Below the pieces are notes generated by a model. The model had not been told where the DNA came from, searched no databases, and worked only from the letters and a program-made list of their open reading frames with translations. Of a DNA stretch of 64,000 nt, positions 10,758 to 23,198 are shown one piece after another (the stretch's first letter is position 1; the number at the start of each line of letters is the position of its first letter). The DNA is taken from NCBI GenBank assembly GCA_030704615.1, contig CM060732.1, positions 32,860,001 to 32,924,000 on the forward strand. Direction: 5' to 3'. Both the position numbers and the translations under genes were made by a program. Origin of the DNA: Takakia lepidozioides. Its lineage: Eukaryota; Plantae; Bryophyta.

Positions 10758-13432
10758 ACCGGTTTGTGATAGAGACTGATCATCTTCCACTAAAAGCTCT
10801 TGTTAAGCCTAGAGAACTTCATGGCAGACTTGCTAGATGGGCTATGTACCTACATGAGTTTGACTTGGATATAGTCTACAAGAAGGGCAAGGAAAACACG
10901 AATGCTGATGCACTCACACGGATTGATCCTCCTATCAGCAGGCCGATGCTCACTTTGGATGACCTGCAGGTTGTTGCTGATGCTGCCACTCCTCTTGATC
11001 CTACTCCTCTTCTCAACCTTCTTTGTGCAGATCAGCAGCCTTTGGCCCTGGATTCTCATGGCATATTGTCTACCTGGGGCTGGTCCAGCCTATTTGATGA
11101 TCCTGGCTGATTTATTCATGTGTTAGCATGTGTGGTGGATCTATCGCTTCGCGAGAATTCGGACAAGTTTGGTGGAAGTTCCCTATTGTGTTTTAGTCCT
11201 TCTCTTTCATAGGCTCCCGAGTTTATTGTATTTCGGCTGCTGCACTCCAATGTGACTATTGGCTTGAGCCTCAAGGCCTGACTTGGTTGTCCATGAGTAG
11301 TAACAAATGAGGTGAAGGTATCCCTGGCTGGAGATCATAGGGGCAGGCACTCCAGACCACCTTTTCTAAAAACCCATTGTCTACCTCTTATGTGCAGTGC
11401 AAGTCATGGATGCTCAGCTACATGCTGCGCTACTCCAGCGATGCCAATCAGGGCATTCGCCAGCTGGCCTTTCCGAGTCCTTGCGTAAACAAATTCTCTA
11501 TCATGTGTCTACTCACCGTTTTATGGGTGATAAGCTTTTCAAGGAGCTTACTAGAGGAGGAGTGCCATGCTACTTGGAGGTGCCACCACGGAGCCAACTG
11601 AATGCTTTATTGGAGCGTTTCCATTGTTCCTTGTATGCAAGTCACCTTGGTATCAAGAAAACTGTGGCCCGCATCCAAGAGGTATATTATTGGCTGGGAA
11701 TTCACCGAGATGTCACCGAGTTCATCTCTAAATGTGAAGGTTGTCGTGCTAACATTGCTCTCCCTAGGGCCCGGATCTTGTAGGAGTTGCAGCCTTTCCC
11801 TATCACCCATGCTTTTGCTCGTGTTGGCATTGACTTGGTAGGACCCCTCGCACTCACATCAAAGGGTCGAAGCTACCTTTGTGTTGTTACCGACTACTTG
11901 ACTAAGTGGGTAGAAGTCCGGCCTTTGCGTTCCAAGGCAAGTGATGTTGTAGCTCAGTTCTTCTTCAATGAGATCCTTATGTGACCATGGGTGTCCTCGG
12001 GAGATACTAACGGATCAAGGCAAGGAGTTTTGTAACCAGCTCCTCATGGTGGTGTGCTTCAACTTTGGTGTCAAGCATTCCACCACAGCCCCATACCATC
12101 CCCAGACCAATGGCCTTACGGAACGCTTCAACCAAACTCTTTGCCGCATGTTGGGAGAAGAATGGCGTACTTACCAGGGAGTGGGATACATTTCTTCCCC
12201 CTATTCTCTTTGTTTATCGCACCGCCGTGCATGCTAGCACTAAGAATACTCCTTTTGAGTTGTTGTATGGTCGCAAGTGTGTTTCTCCTTTACATTCTAC
12301 CCCTCTTATTTCTACTGTAGCTGAGCCAGTTGATCTTGAGACCTTTGTTGAGGATCTTCATGCTCTGCGGTGTCCATCCATGATGCCAAGACGAACATTG
12401 GTAAGGCTCAGCTCACCCAAGCTCGTAATTTTATCAAGCGTGTCCAATATTCTAACCTTTTTCACGTAGGACAGGCCGTGTGCATTCGGCTGCAGCATGG
12501 TAAACATGCATGCAAATCTAAGCTTAAAGATCGACGGTCCATACTTGATCTATGAGCTTTTACATGGGCGACGTGCTCTCCTTCTTCCACAGGGGTTCAA
12601 TGTCCACGCGCATGATGAACCCATCCCACCGTACGTCCCTCCACATTGATGCACGTAAGATCAAAGACCAGCTCGGAATGCACCAGATCCGTGAGAGAAA
12701 CTCTTGCTCTTCTTCAGATTGGCTTCCTCGGCGGATTAGTGTTAGCTTGCGGATCTGGTCTTTTGTTCTAGCTCTTGATGCATTTGTAGACCTATGATAT
12801 GTCACCGCGTATACTCCCTGCACGGTTTTCCTAGCCAAAGGTTTTGTCCTCGGCCCAATTTGCAGGTGCCAGGTTTTCCTTTGGTAGGTTTTTGACCCAG
12901 CAGTGGAGGGTGATCTTATCCCCAACATTTACTTATTATTTCTTATATTGTACTTCGCGGAGCTCAGGATTTTTCGTGGGGGGTAGGCTTCACAGATGTG
13001 ATGCCCCAAACTTTCCTCATCACAGATTCACTCGTTTCATCCAACACGGCGATACACATTCATCGTATATTTTTTTGGCGTGTAAAGCCGTTAATCCGTT
13101 ACAATGATGTTTAGGTTAGGGTTAGTTTAGGCTGGTGGCTTGATCCTGGCCCTTCGTTAGATCCAGGGCTGCAAGGCAGCACCGTGGGCTTGGGCCTATA
13201 ATGCCTCGCCACGCGGCGGGCCACTACGGTTAGGGCTTTTGTATAAAGACGGCGTTGTTGTATATGTGATTTGAGTGTACAAGTTTTTGGATGAGAGCTG
13301 CTTAGTGTCTGATTCGTGTGTTTGATCCTCTTCTCGCGCGCTGCTTGCTCTTTCCGCTCGCCCCTTTGTTGTGCAAGTTCGCTTCTTGAGAGGAAAGGAG
13401 TATATGCTTCAGGCTTGTTTTAAGGCTTCACA
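10758..13432 (+). mobile_element. Degenerate Ty3/Gypsy element B (3' half: RNase H end, integrase, PPT, LTR)
   Basis: FVIETDHLPLK...RLARWAMYLHEFDLDIVYKKGKENTNADALTR; integrase SHLGIKKT...CEGC, GIDLVGPL, TDQGKEF, NGLTERFNQTL with stops; G-rich PPT at ~12977-12987. Confidence 0.9.
12997..13432 (+). repeat. Putative 3' LTR of element B
   Basis: Starts TGTGATGCC and ends GGCTTCACA (8/9 inverted match); TATAAAG at ~13242; follows a PPT. Confidence 0.65.
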
Positions 13433-13694
13433 GGTTGTTATATATTTTTTGTTTTCTTCTTTTTGTTAGCAGGGGACAATGGCCCTGTGAAAGACCCGCC
13501 GGGTATCTTTTCTTCAAACTCAAAAGAACCTCTGGTTACTGGTATTTGATGGGGGTTGGTATCCCGTGAGCACAGCATGAGTAGGAAAGGCTTGAGCCCG
13601 AAAAAAAAAACAAGCGTGAGCACGATCCATGGTTATAGGGAGGGGTAATATGTTTGCAAACTGAAATACAAGTCATAGGTGGACAAAACACTAC

Positions 13695-13935
13695 TTTTAA
13701 TTTTCTTTTAATAAATTTATTAGGGAAACACCTGGGAGCGACCGCTCACAAATCAGGCCCCTTGATAGTGAGAGGAGAAAATAACCTCTTTCCCAGTAAC
13801 CGCGCCATGAGGCGTAGTAATGGGACACCACCCAGGAACCAGGGAGAAGAGTATACCACACCCGTCAGTAGCAAGATTTGACCCCAGAATCATCTGGGCG
13901 GCACTAAGTGCACTTAACCAACTGAGCTACTCATT
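13695..13935 (-). mobile_element. tRNA-derived SINE
   Basis: Minus strand has A box GTAGCTCAGTTGG, B-box-like GGGTCAAATC and an A-rich tail; a related partial copy lies at ~16820-16886. Confidence 0.65.
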
Positions 13936-14825
13936 GTTGGTACTCTTTTTGTACTAGTGACAGGCTCGCCCAAGGCCGCTTATAGGGCAGAATCGGCCCT
14001 ACACGGCCCGTTCTCTGGCGTTAAAAGCAGGTGGTGGAATATATGTGGCGCAATCTGATTGGGCATGATTTATCCCATATCGATTGCCCAGATTCAGACC
14101 CCCGTAGAGGATATAAAGGTGGGGTTAGCTTCAAAGGGAAGGCGGGCAGGAGAGGTTGCATGTATCTGGGTAGATGCTGCCATCCGGAGTGTATAGTGCA
14201 TAATTGGCCATCCCTGCTGATTCTGCTTGCCGATTCGACAGTACACCCTGGGTGGCCGATTTGGCCAAATAAATTGGCATGTGGAAAGGGCCTAATACGC
14301 AAGGAAGCCCTTGGAGTTTTGTTTTCCGTTTCCATGATAAAGGTGCATGTAATGAAGGGCTGCCCTTTCTGTAAAACCAAAAATATAAAGAAATGGGTTC
14401 GCCCTCTCTGCTTGCTTTCTCGCTCTTTGGGGGTTTTACCTTTTCCCCCAAAATTATCAAAATGCTAGAGGGCCACTGTCCCCTCTTTTTTTTTTTTTCC
14501 CCCTCTTTATTTTAAGAATAGTAAATAAATGAAAAAAAATTGTTCCAGACCCTGTGTCCCTGCTAGAAAAATTAAAACACAAAACTAAATGCAAAAAAAA
14601 AAATTCTAAAACAAAAAAATCATCTTGGGTTTTACCAAAATCTTTAGGTAATCAAAGTATGGAAGAATAATGTAAGAACTAAAAGCAAACAAGTGATCTG
14701 ACGGTGCTTTCACCGGATTCCAGCATCGGCCTTCTCGGGCAGGCCCCTATCAAATATTCCCACCCCCTATTACCTGGACTCACTATTAAATTCTAGAGTC
14801 GACTGAAGGTCGGAGACTAGTTTTA

Positions 14826-16324
14826 GGGCCGGTTTACATGAGGGCCCAGGCCCAAGACCAAGCTAGAAACAAGAAATCCTATTGGTCAAGAGCCTCAAAT
14901 CGGGCCCAAGCGGTTTACACGAGGGTCCGGGCCCAAGACCAAGCTGCCTAAGGTAGAAACACCTAAAATGGATCATTTAAGAAATGTGTGCAGTTTTAGG
15001 CGTGCATTGTCGTCGTATATATTTCTGATGTGGGCACATAGAAATGAAATTTAATGCAAAAAAAATAAAAAATAAAAAATAAAAAATCCAAATTATTTTG
15101 TAATATTGGTGAATATTCAAAGTGAAATCATGGAATAACCTTGAATGGACCAGTAGGGGTTACTATTTTGAACAGCAAGTGCACTTTGTCTGGAGCCAAA
15201 GATGCCCAAAAAGTGTGCATCCTCTTTCACTTTACTGATTGAACAACATACCATGTCAATCAACTAACATAACCATTTATTGACCTTAAAGTAACCTCCC
15301 ACCTTAAAGAAAACTGAGCTCAAGGTCCATTTGGATTAAACTCAATCCTGGATCGTTGATCTAGGTGAAACTCAATCGGGATCGTTGATCATGGAATGTG
15401 ATCCCCTCTCCTACATGTTAGGATTCATTCTTCCTATCTCGAACTTGATACTGCTCTCAAAGTGCGCGCCGGTGGTTATTAACTTGTCCATTAAGTGGTG
15501 TCATCATGATCATGTATGAGTTAAAAGGGTTCACTAGAGTTCCATTGTGGCCCACCACATGACCTAATTTGGACCACTTGTGATCAAAGCACCTTTTAAA
15601 GATGACATATGGTTAGTTTTATGTATTTTTCTAGGGGTCCGTTTTGGGTACATCTCCATTTGGCCACTCTCCCCCCCTCCACGGTCTCTCTTCTTTGCTT
15701 CGCCATGTCTCCCATCAAATCTTGAATCCCTGAACCATGGAAGCAAGAAGTAAATAATATTCCTATGGCCTTGGTCCTCTTCATGGCCTTGAGCACATGA
15801 TTACAACCATTTTGGCATTGCAACAACTTAGTATAAACGATTGCAATATGCAGGATTGTTGATGACTTCATCATGGAAAGAGAAGATCCAAGAGATAGAG
15901 AGGTCTAATGATTCTACATGACAACACCTGCGTCGCGTGGTGGCCGTCGAGAGTCTCTAGTCTCTACCTGCGCACAACCCCATTTGTGACCTGTTTCCAT
16001 CCTACAGCTGTGATAGGCTTAAACGAATATATTTTAATGCTAGGTTTCTTGGGCCCAGGGAACAAGTTGGGTCTCTATCCTAGGAGCGCTCCTTTTGTTG
16101 GGCTCGGCCCAAGAATTTGGCGCCATAAATCATGCCATCTAAGGTAGAAACACCTGATATAGTGTAGGTTGGGCCTTAGGCTTGGGCCCAATAGGTTTAC
16201 ACGGAGAGGGCCCAATTCCTTAAAAAAAAAAATTTAATCAGTTCAATCAGCCCAATTGAGGGCCCAAAAGCTCTAGTCTTGGGCCCATGATTTCTTGGGC
16301 CCGGTCCCTTGTGTAAACCGGCCC
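14826..16324. mobile_element. Non-autonomous PIF/Harbinger (Tourist-like) element, 1499 bp
   Basis: TIRs GGGCCGGTTTACA...TGTAAACCGGCCC flanked by TTA on both sides (14823-14825, 16325-16327); subterminal GGGCCCA repeats. Confidence 0.85.
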
Positions 16325-18472
16325 TTAGTGTAGAGAAGGAATGGGGTGCTCCAATGCCACATCATCACCTTTCATATGCCATGTCATCAATGTACTTTTT
16401 TTCGAATCTGCCCAGATTGTCAACAAAACAATGGAAAAAAGGAAAAAAAAAATTTGACTTCATCATCGCCACGTTTCGTAGGCCACATCATCAATGCATA
16501 TTTCTGAAGCTGCCTCTGCTGCCCAAATAATTCTATTAAAAATAAATAAAAACCGGATTATGAAAATCATTTTTGTCAGATCTGCGTTAACGTTATTTTT
16601 ATTTATTTATTTTTTACAGAACAGGGGACAGAGGCCCTGGTAAATTTTATTAATAATTTATTCGGGGAAAAAATTAATATTATTTGGGTTTGTGATAAAC
16701 ATTTTTCAATTTACTGATATTTTATGATTATGCATACCTATAAATATGATTATGGTAATAGCTAATGAAATATAAAAATTCTTAGAATTAAGAGTACCCC
16801 TAACTCCAGTAACTCACAGTAACCACACCACCCAGGGAAGGGGGAGAAGAGTATACCAGACCCGTCAAGTAGCAGGATTTGACCCCATATTCACCCATAA
16901 TCTTTAATATCATAATGCTATAAAACAGCAGTATTTCGCCCACAAAACTACATCAAAATTTGTGCTCACGGCGGCAAGCATAATGAGTTTCCTTGGCGAA
17001 AAAAAAAAACAACACAAAAAAACCCGAAATTTGAAAAGATAGTTTTGCGTGAGCCAAATTTTGAAGCACGAGCACAAACTTTGTCGCATGAGCGTATTTT
17101 CATTTTGCTGTAGAAGATATTTCAAGAATCTAATTATAATATTCTAGTTTGCGGTATGGTCGTTCGGTCACACGCTAGCCAAACTCGTATATAACAACCC
17201 TGAATTTCCTGTTATGAAGTGGGGGCGCGGATTACATCAACTTGGCAACACGGGCTAACTTGCCCTTCCACCATTAACGAACTAATAGTGACCATACAAA
17301 AAAAAAAAAAAAAAGTTGACGATTGTCAAGTCAACACATTTCGATAAATAGAGGGTGGTGAGCAACTAATGAGATCCTGTATATCCAATACAAACATGCC
17401 ACATCAGAAGACGCCTCTAAACATGGGTGGTTATGGAATGATTTTTTACAAGATCCGAAGTGAATACAATGATTTTAAATTTCGTCATCTCGGTTACATG
17501 GTGTCCTATAGTACCTTGTTTTTTATGTACTCATCAGGTAACTCCCACATAGATGTAAACTTTGTAAGTATTTTAATAAATAAATAAATAATGAAACACA
17601 TCATCTGGATCTGATCAAATTGAAATATAAACATCAATAAATAAACAATACTCATATTTTTATATATCAACTGATCAACTATCAGTATAGTGAATTAATC
17701 TCACGATCAATCAGGTGGACTGAAGAAAAACTTGGTATATATATATATATATATATAATTATTGGAAAGGGGATGAAGCCCCATCAATTTTCTATTTATC
17801 TATTTTTCGATAAAGGGGACAGAAGTCCTTTAATTTGAATTAATAAAGAAAGGAAAAAATAATATGTAAAGAGCCATGGAGACACATTTAGTACAGTGAA
17901 CACAGCCCATATGCGGCTTCATCATTATATTTATTTTAAATAATTAATATTATCACATTAGCAAAACAATACATATGATTTTTTTAAATACACTTCATTT
18001 CATGAGTATAAAAATGAACCATGGGGATTGAGTCAGTGATATGATCACCCAACATGATACATTTGTTCTTAATCCATTTATGAATAATTACACTGGTCCT
18101 GGCCGAACTTTTCAACTAGGATGCCATGATTAGCCACATTAATCGTCACCCATCATTTGCAAATTTCAACTTTATTTACATCCATCATTTCCACCCAAAT
18201 GGATATACTATATACTACAGTGCCAAATGACTACCATCGCAGGGTTCAATAGAATATGTGCAAAAATGACTATTCACCATCTTTGTTCAATTTCATTGAA
18301 AAGTGATGATAGTCTGAAAGTGATGAAATGACTATCAAAAAATGATCACTATCATACAATGACTATCATAAAATCACGTATCATCGTCTGTGCGCATGGT
18401 AGCCAGCTTTGGCTGAACCTTTCTAACTGGTTTCAGCTTCCTTGTCACTCTTTGCTTCCCCATTCCTCCTCC

Positions 18473-19395
18473 TGTCAAACAGCACACACAAACGAATGCG
18501 CTAGCTAGTGGGCGGCTAAAATCACACAAGGGATCAGTCCGTGGGCGCTGCGCACTGAGAGGGAAATGAGAAGCAAGGAAGAAGGGAGGAGAGAGATGGT
18601 GAGAATGAAGCTCAAAGCCCTCTGCCTTTTATACTCTCTCTTACCTCTATCTCCCTTAGAGGTCAACCACATGATCAATCTGGGCCGTTGGTACATAACG
18701 ATAAGCGGTTAGGATTTTTCGTAAGCACATCAATCGGGGCCGTTGGTATCACGGTTCGGATCTTTCGCAGCCACATCCATCCGGGCCGTTGGTACAGAAG
18801 GATCACGGTTCGGATCTTTCGCAGCCAAATCCATCAGGGCCCTTGGTACAGAAAGGTCACGGTTCGGATCTTTCGCAGCCACATCCATCAGGGCCCTTGG
18901 TTTAGAAAGATCAGGACTTTATGTGTAGCGTGAGGCAGGGAGCTTCCTTAAACTCGGGGCTAGCTCTATCTCCCCGAGAGGCCAACCGCATTATCAATCT
19001 GGACCGTTGGTATAGACAGATAAGCGGTTAGGATTTTCTGAAGCCACATGAATCGGGGCCGTTGGTGCAGAACCATCACGGTTCGGATATTTCGCAGCCA
19101 CATCCATCGGGGCCTTTGGCACAGAAAGATGGGTACTGTATGTGTAACTTGGTGAAGCCTCGAGTTGCAGGAAGCCCCCCGTCCTCTGTCCACCCCCTGC
19201 GTAAAGAAACAAAAATGTTTTCGCATTTCGATGGCTGCGATTTCCTTGATCGGGCGGCTCACAAGAGCAGGAATGAAGCTTACACGGGGTATGATAGAGG
19301 AAGGCCCCGAGTGGAGGGCGCTCCTTGAATTTTATGCCCAGGGCCAAGGCCGGTAGCCGAGGCCCTAGGGCATAAATATCAAGGGGAGCCCGACA
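18473..19395 (-). repeat. Solo-LTR-like segment containing 54-bp tandem repeats
   Basis: TGTC...GACA ends and TATAAAAG on the minus strand; 54-bp units start at 18750, 18804 and 18858, with related copies at ~18995-19130. No TSD found. Confidence 0.45.
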
Positions 19396-20039
19396 CGAGA
19401 ATGTAACCAGCACTGTGGATTATATATTTCTGTATTGCCCTCGTACTCGTGGCTGACTATTATGCTATCTAACGAAACGATATTAATGAAGAGAAATCAG
19501 CCCCTTAAACTGGTGAATGCCCGCGCTCCAGTTCTTCACCGAGTGTAAAAAAACATTCACATTTGAACTAGTGATCCGGTTAGCTCCTCGCCAGCCTGGC
19601 GGAGACGTTCCCCACTGGGCCTGCTTAGGCGTTAGGATTACGCCCTATAACTTAAGTACTCATGAGAGAGAGAAACAACAAGCAAGAACAAATTGTATTC
19701 ATGAGGTCCGCAGGAGACCCAAAGGGCCGAGTAGAACAACACACCAAAGAACAAGCAAAGAATAGAGAGTTAAGAGGTAAAACTAGAGTGTGTTTAGAGT
19801 CAAGCGAGAGTAAAAATAAATATAAGTTTGGTGATGGGCTCTAGAAATACTAATTTGTGCTTATGTGCCTTAACGGGTGGATGACGATGAGTTGAGGGAT
19901 GAACGATGCAAGAAATTGTGCAGTAGGATGGGAAGACATTGCTGGGTCCCCACAAAAACAAGAGTTTGAAGCCAAGCAAGGGTAGTTTGGGCAACATTCA
20001 TCAGCAAGAGAGTGTTCCAGCACTTCTACATACTACTTT

Positions 20040-20680
20040 TGTGTGTGTGTGTGTGAGAGAGAGAGAGATTGTACTCATAAGACATTGTTTGCCGTAGCCT
20101 TGTGGCCATTGACCCCGCGCCCAGTTTGAACGGAACATAAAGGGACAGAAACTACCTTTGTCAGGGGCTGACGCCGGTAGTATGATTTACCTTGGAATAA
20201 ACAGTTGATCCGAGATTTCCAGAAATCCCTTCACACAAGCATCAATCTGATGTGTGTGATTTGCCCAATAGGTCGACCCCAAAAGGGCCTGGACGTTTGG
20301 CTCAGCCTCATGATTTTCAAAGTTGTTAAACATAGGTACAGGCACAATTTCCTTGATGGAATTGAAGAGGGTGTCCCGTTGATGAGAGTACCCAGGACAA
20401 TGAATCAGGAAGTGAATATTGTCTTCAGGTTGCCCACACAGCAGGCACTTACAATCCCCCTTTCTTCTCTGCAACTGTTTGTTGTTCAAAGGTAGGCTAC
20501 CCGCCCTGAGTTTGAATTTCAGTCTAGTGCCGAGGGTGGGTACACCCTTGAGGTCATCCATGATGGCCTCACCCATGTCACAGACTGGAAACAAGTTCAG
20601 GGAAGTTTTCAGCCTAACTTCATTTTCTTCAGACAATTTCCTGGCAATAGACATGGCTTCGGAAACTTCAGCTTCTAAGA
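20040..20680 (-). mobile_element. 5'-truncated LINE 3' end with microsatellite tail, same family as 39270-40574
   Basis: ORF with CLLCGQPEDNIHFLIHC, highly similar to the C-terminus of ORF 39670..40590; tail (TC)n(AC)n. Confidence 0.8.
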
Positions 20681-22032
20681 GAGAGATTCACATAGCATGT
20701 CAAAGCTAGACAAGGAAACACTAAGCACAATGTGCTGTGTTCGCCTCTTTTTAACGACATCATATATCCTAATTCTAGGCACCATCAAACTGTCTCTACC
20801 CAGATCTGCCTCCATACCTCCCTTTACATATCCTTGCTGGAAAACCAATTTTTAGGTGTACAAAGTGGCAATCAATTGCACACCAGGTAACGCAACTCCT
20901 TTCCATGTAGGTAGATCCGTCAAACCAAACAGAGCAGAAACAGCAGTAGTATGTGTACATAAGCAACACATACAAGCAGATTTGAGGTTTGAGAGAGCTC
21001 AAAGCCTCACTCCCTTAGTCTCTTGCCCTTGGTAGCATTTCCTGCAACAAAAGAAGGTGAAGTGGCATCACCTGGATCCATCATAGCCAACCAACCAACC
21101 AACAGGTTAGTGATCCCTATGGAACCCCAGGCTTAAACCCCTTCACATTTGTTATCAATGTCATCCCTGCAACAAGTCATACTAGCAAGAGAGGAGAGGT
21201 AAGAGAGTCCTTTCAGCCATTCAACATAGGTACAGAACTCAGTACACCTATTTCAGCCCATGCTCCAGAGGGAGGGGGGGTGGTCTCATGTTTGAGCACC
21301 CATTCCCAAAAGGAAGGTGTCACTAGAGCCAAGTACTCAAGCAAGGGGACATATAGAAGCCCTTGGTTTTGCAAAAGTATTCCTGGATTCAGAGTAAAGC
21401 TTAGACAGGTCCACGTAAGTTCCTCATAGTATCAACTCTCTTTGTGTTGCCATCCTAAGCAGCCCATCACAGTGTTGAAGGAGTCTGAATGGATAACTTG
21501 CTTATAGACATAGTGTAGTCAGCTCCTTCAGCTCTTGCCTGCTCCTCTTCCAAATGAGAAGAGTGGCCAAGCATACTAACCATATAGGGCAGTAGCTTTA
21601 GGATAAGACCTCTAGGGTGAACCCTAATGAGTCACCCTCATGAGTCATCCTAGTGAGTCATCCCCGTTATCCAATTCCCCGTTCCGTTCTAGACAAAAAA
21701 ATATGAACGGAATAACGGGATCAGGCAATTCTTGAATGCTGTCTATAAAGATCTTAGCAACATTTAAGGAGAGAAAGAGAGAGAAAAAATTCCTCAAGCC
21801 TCTCATTTTCAGGTTTCCTAATGCTGATACAAGGCATTGGCTACAGTAGACCAGCCAAGAGAGCAATGTACATTGACCGGATCATGTAGAAGGTGTGCTG
21901 TTGCTACAGGGCCTAGCTCAAGATATCATGTATTAGTTTGCCATCAAATGTCCCTATATGTTCAAGGCTGGAGACGAAGGGATCAGGCAGTTCTTGAGTG
22001 TTGTTACAAAGAACATATCCACATTCAAGTAT

Positions 22033-22072
<40 letters not shown>

Positions 22073-23198
22073 GAATTGGATTCTGGCACGTCCATGTATT
22101 ACTTGCTTTTGTGACTATGCTAGCTGCCCAGTAAAACATTCAGACTACTTGACTCCAAGATTCTGTGAGACATTCAAGCATGGCTGATGAGGTTGAGGAG
22201 GTTGTTCAGACACTAGTAATATAGGAAGGAGACTGAAGGATACTCGAGCGCTTTCCCCTATGTCTGACTTTGCTTTGAAATCCACAGCCTAAATGCAACA
22301 ATTAGCAATAAATGTCACTTCTAGGCTATACCATTCAGAGGCCGGTCCTTGGGGTCCTCAAGAGAACAAAGACACCAGACTGCTGTATAGGACAAGCTAA
22401 TCACACTCTCTTTCCTACTGGACAAGTTGGCAAGCTGTTCAAGTAAATGTCTCTCCTTGAAGGTGCATCACATAGTCATATGAGCCATATACTGAAACCT
22501 GGCACCCCTATCCTAATATTCAGATCACTCTCCATACCTTGTAAAATACATTCCAAACTGAAGCAGTGTGGAAATCACCATAACCAACATTGTTCAATTA
22601 GAATCAACATAGCTGACCGAATAGAACGTACATGACCATTCTTTGATTATCAGGAACAAGTCAAACAGTGCATTTAGTTGCTTCTAGTTAGTTTGCATCT
22701 AGTTAGTTCCCCCAATTACCCACCAATCACCCCGCCACCTCTGCCCTGGTCTGGCTCACAACCATTGGTTCAGTGACAACAACCCAAGATAATTGGTGGC
22801 TCCACACGGTTACAAAGATAATACTTAATGGGTTACAGCCACAAGATCATTCACCTCCATCACATACAAATGCACCAAGAGCTCACCAAACTTTCCAAGA
22901 ACATTGTGAAGCTGCATGGGGCACTGAAGTTCCACTCTCCTTCCCAATGATCGTGGAGTGCAAACTTAAGTAGTACCAAGGACAAGCAAGATCCTTCCAC
23001 ATAAACACAATCATGGAATCCTGTGATATCACCTGTAGAAGCAGAAACCTACTTGCCAAAGCCACATCTGTGGGTGACATCATCAAATATCAGTCATCAA
23101 AGTGTCAATTGGATCCCTCATGGCCTTTTTCCCAATGTGAAGTACATGAGCTGAAACACATACTCGTCATCAAACAAAGTGTGATCACTATACAAACT

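Noticed and set aside
13860-13935. Functional tRNA gene (also 29281-29350)
   Set aside because: A and B boxes are present but there is no consistent cloverleaf, and unrelated body sequence follows; SINE-like instead.
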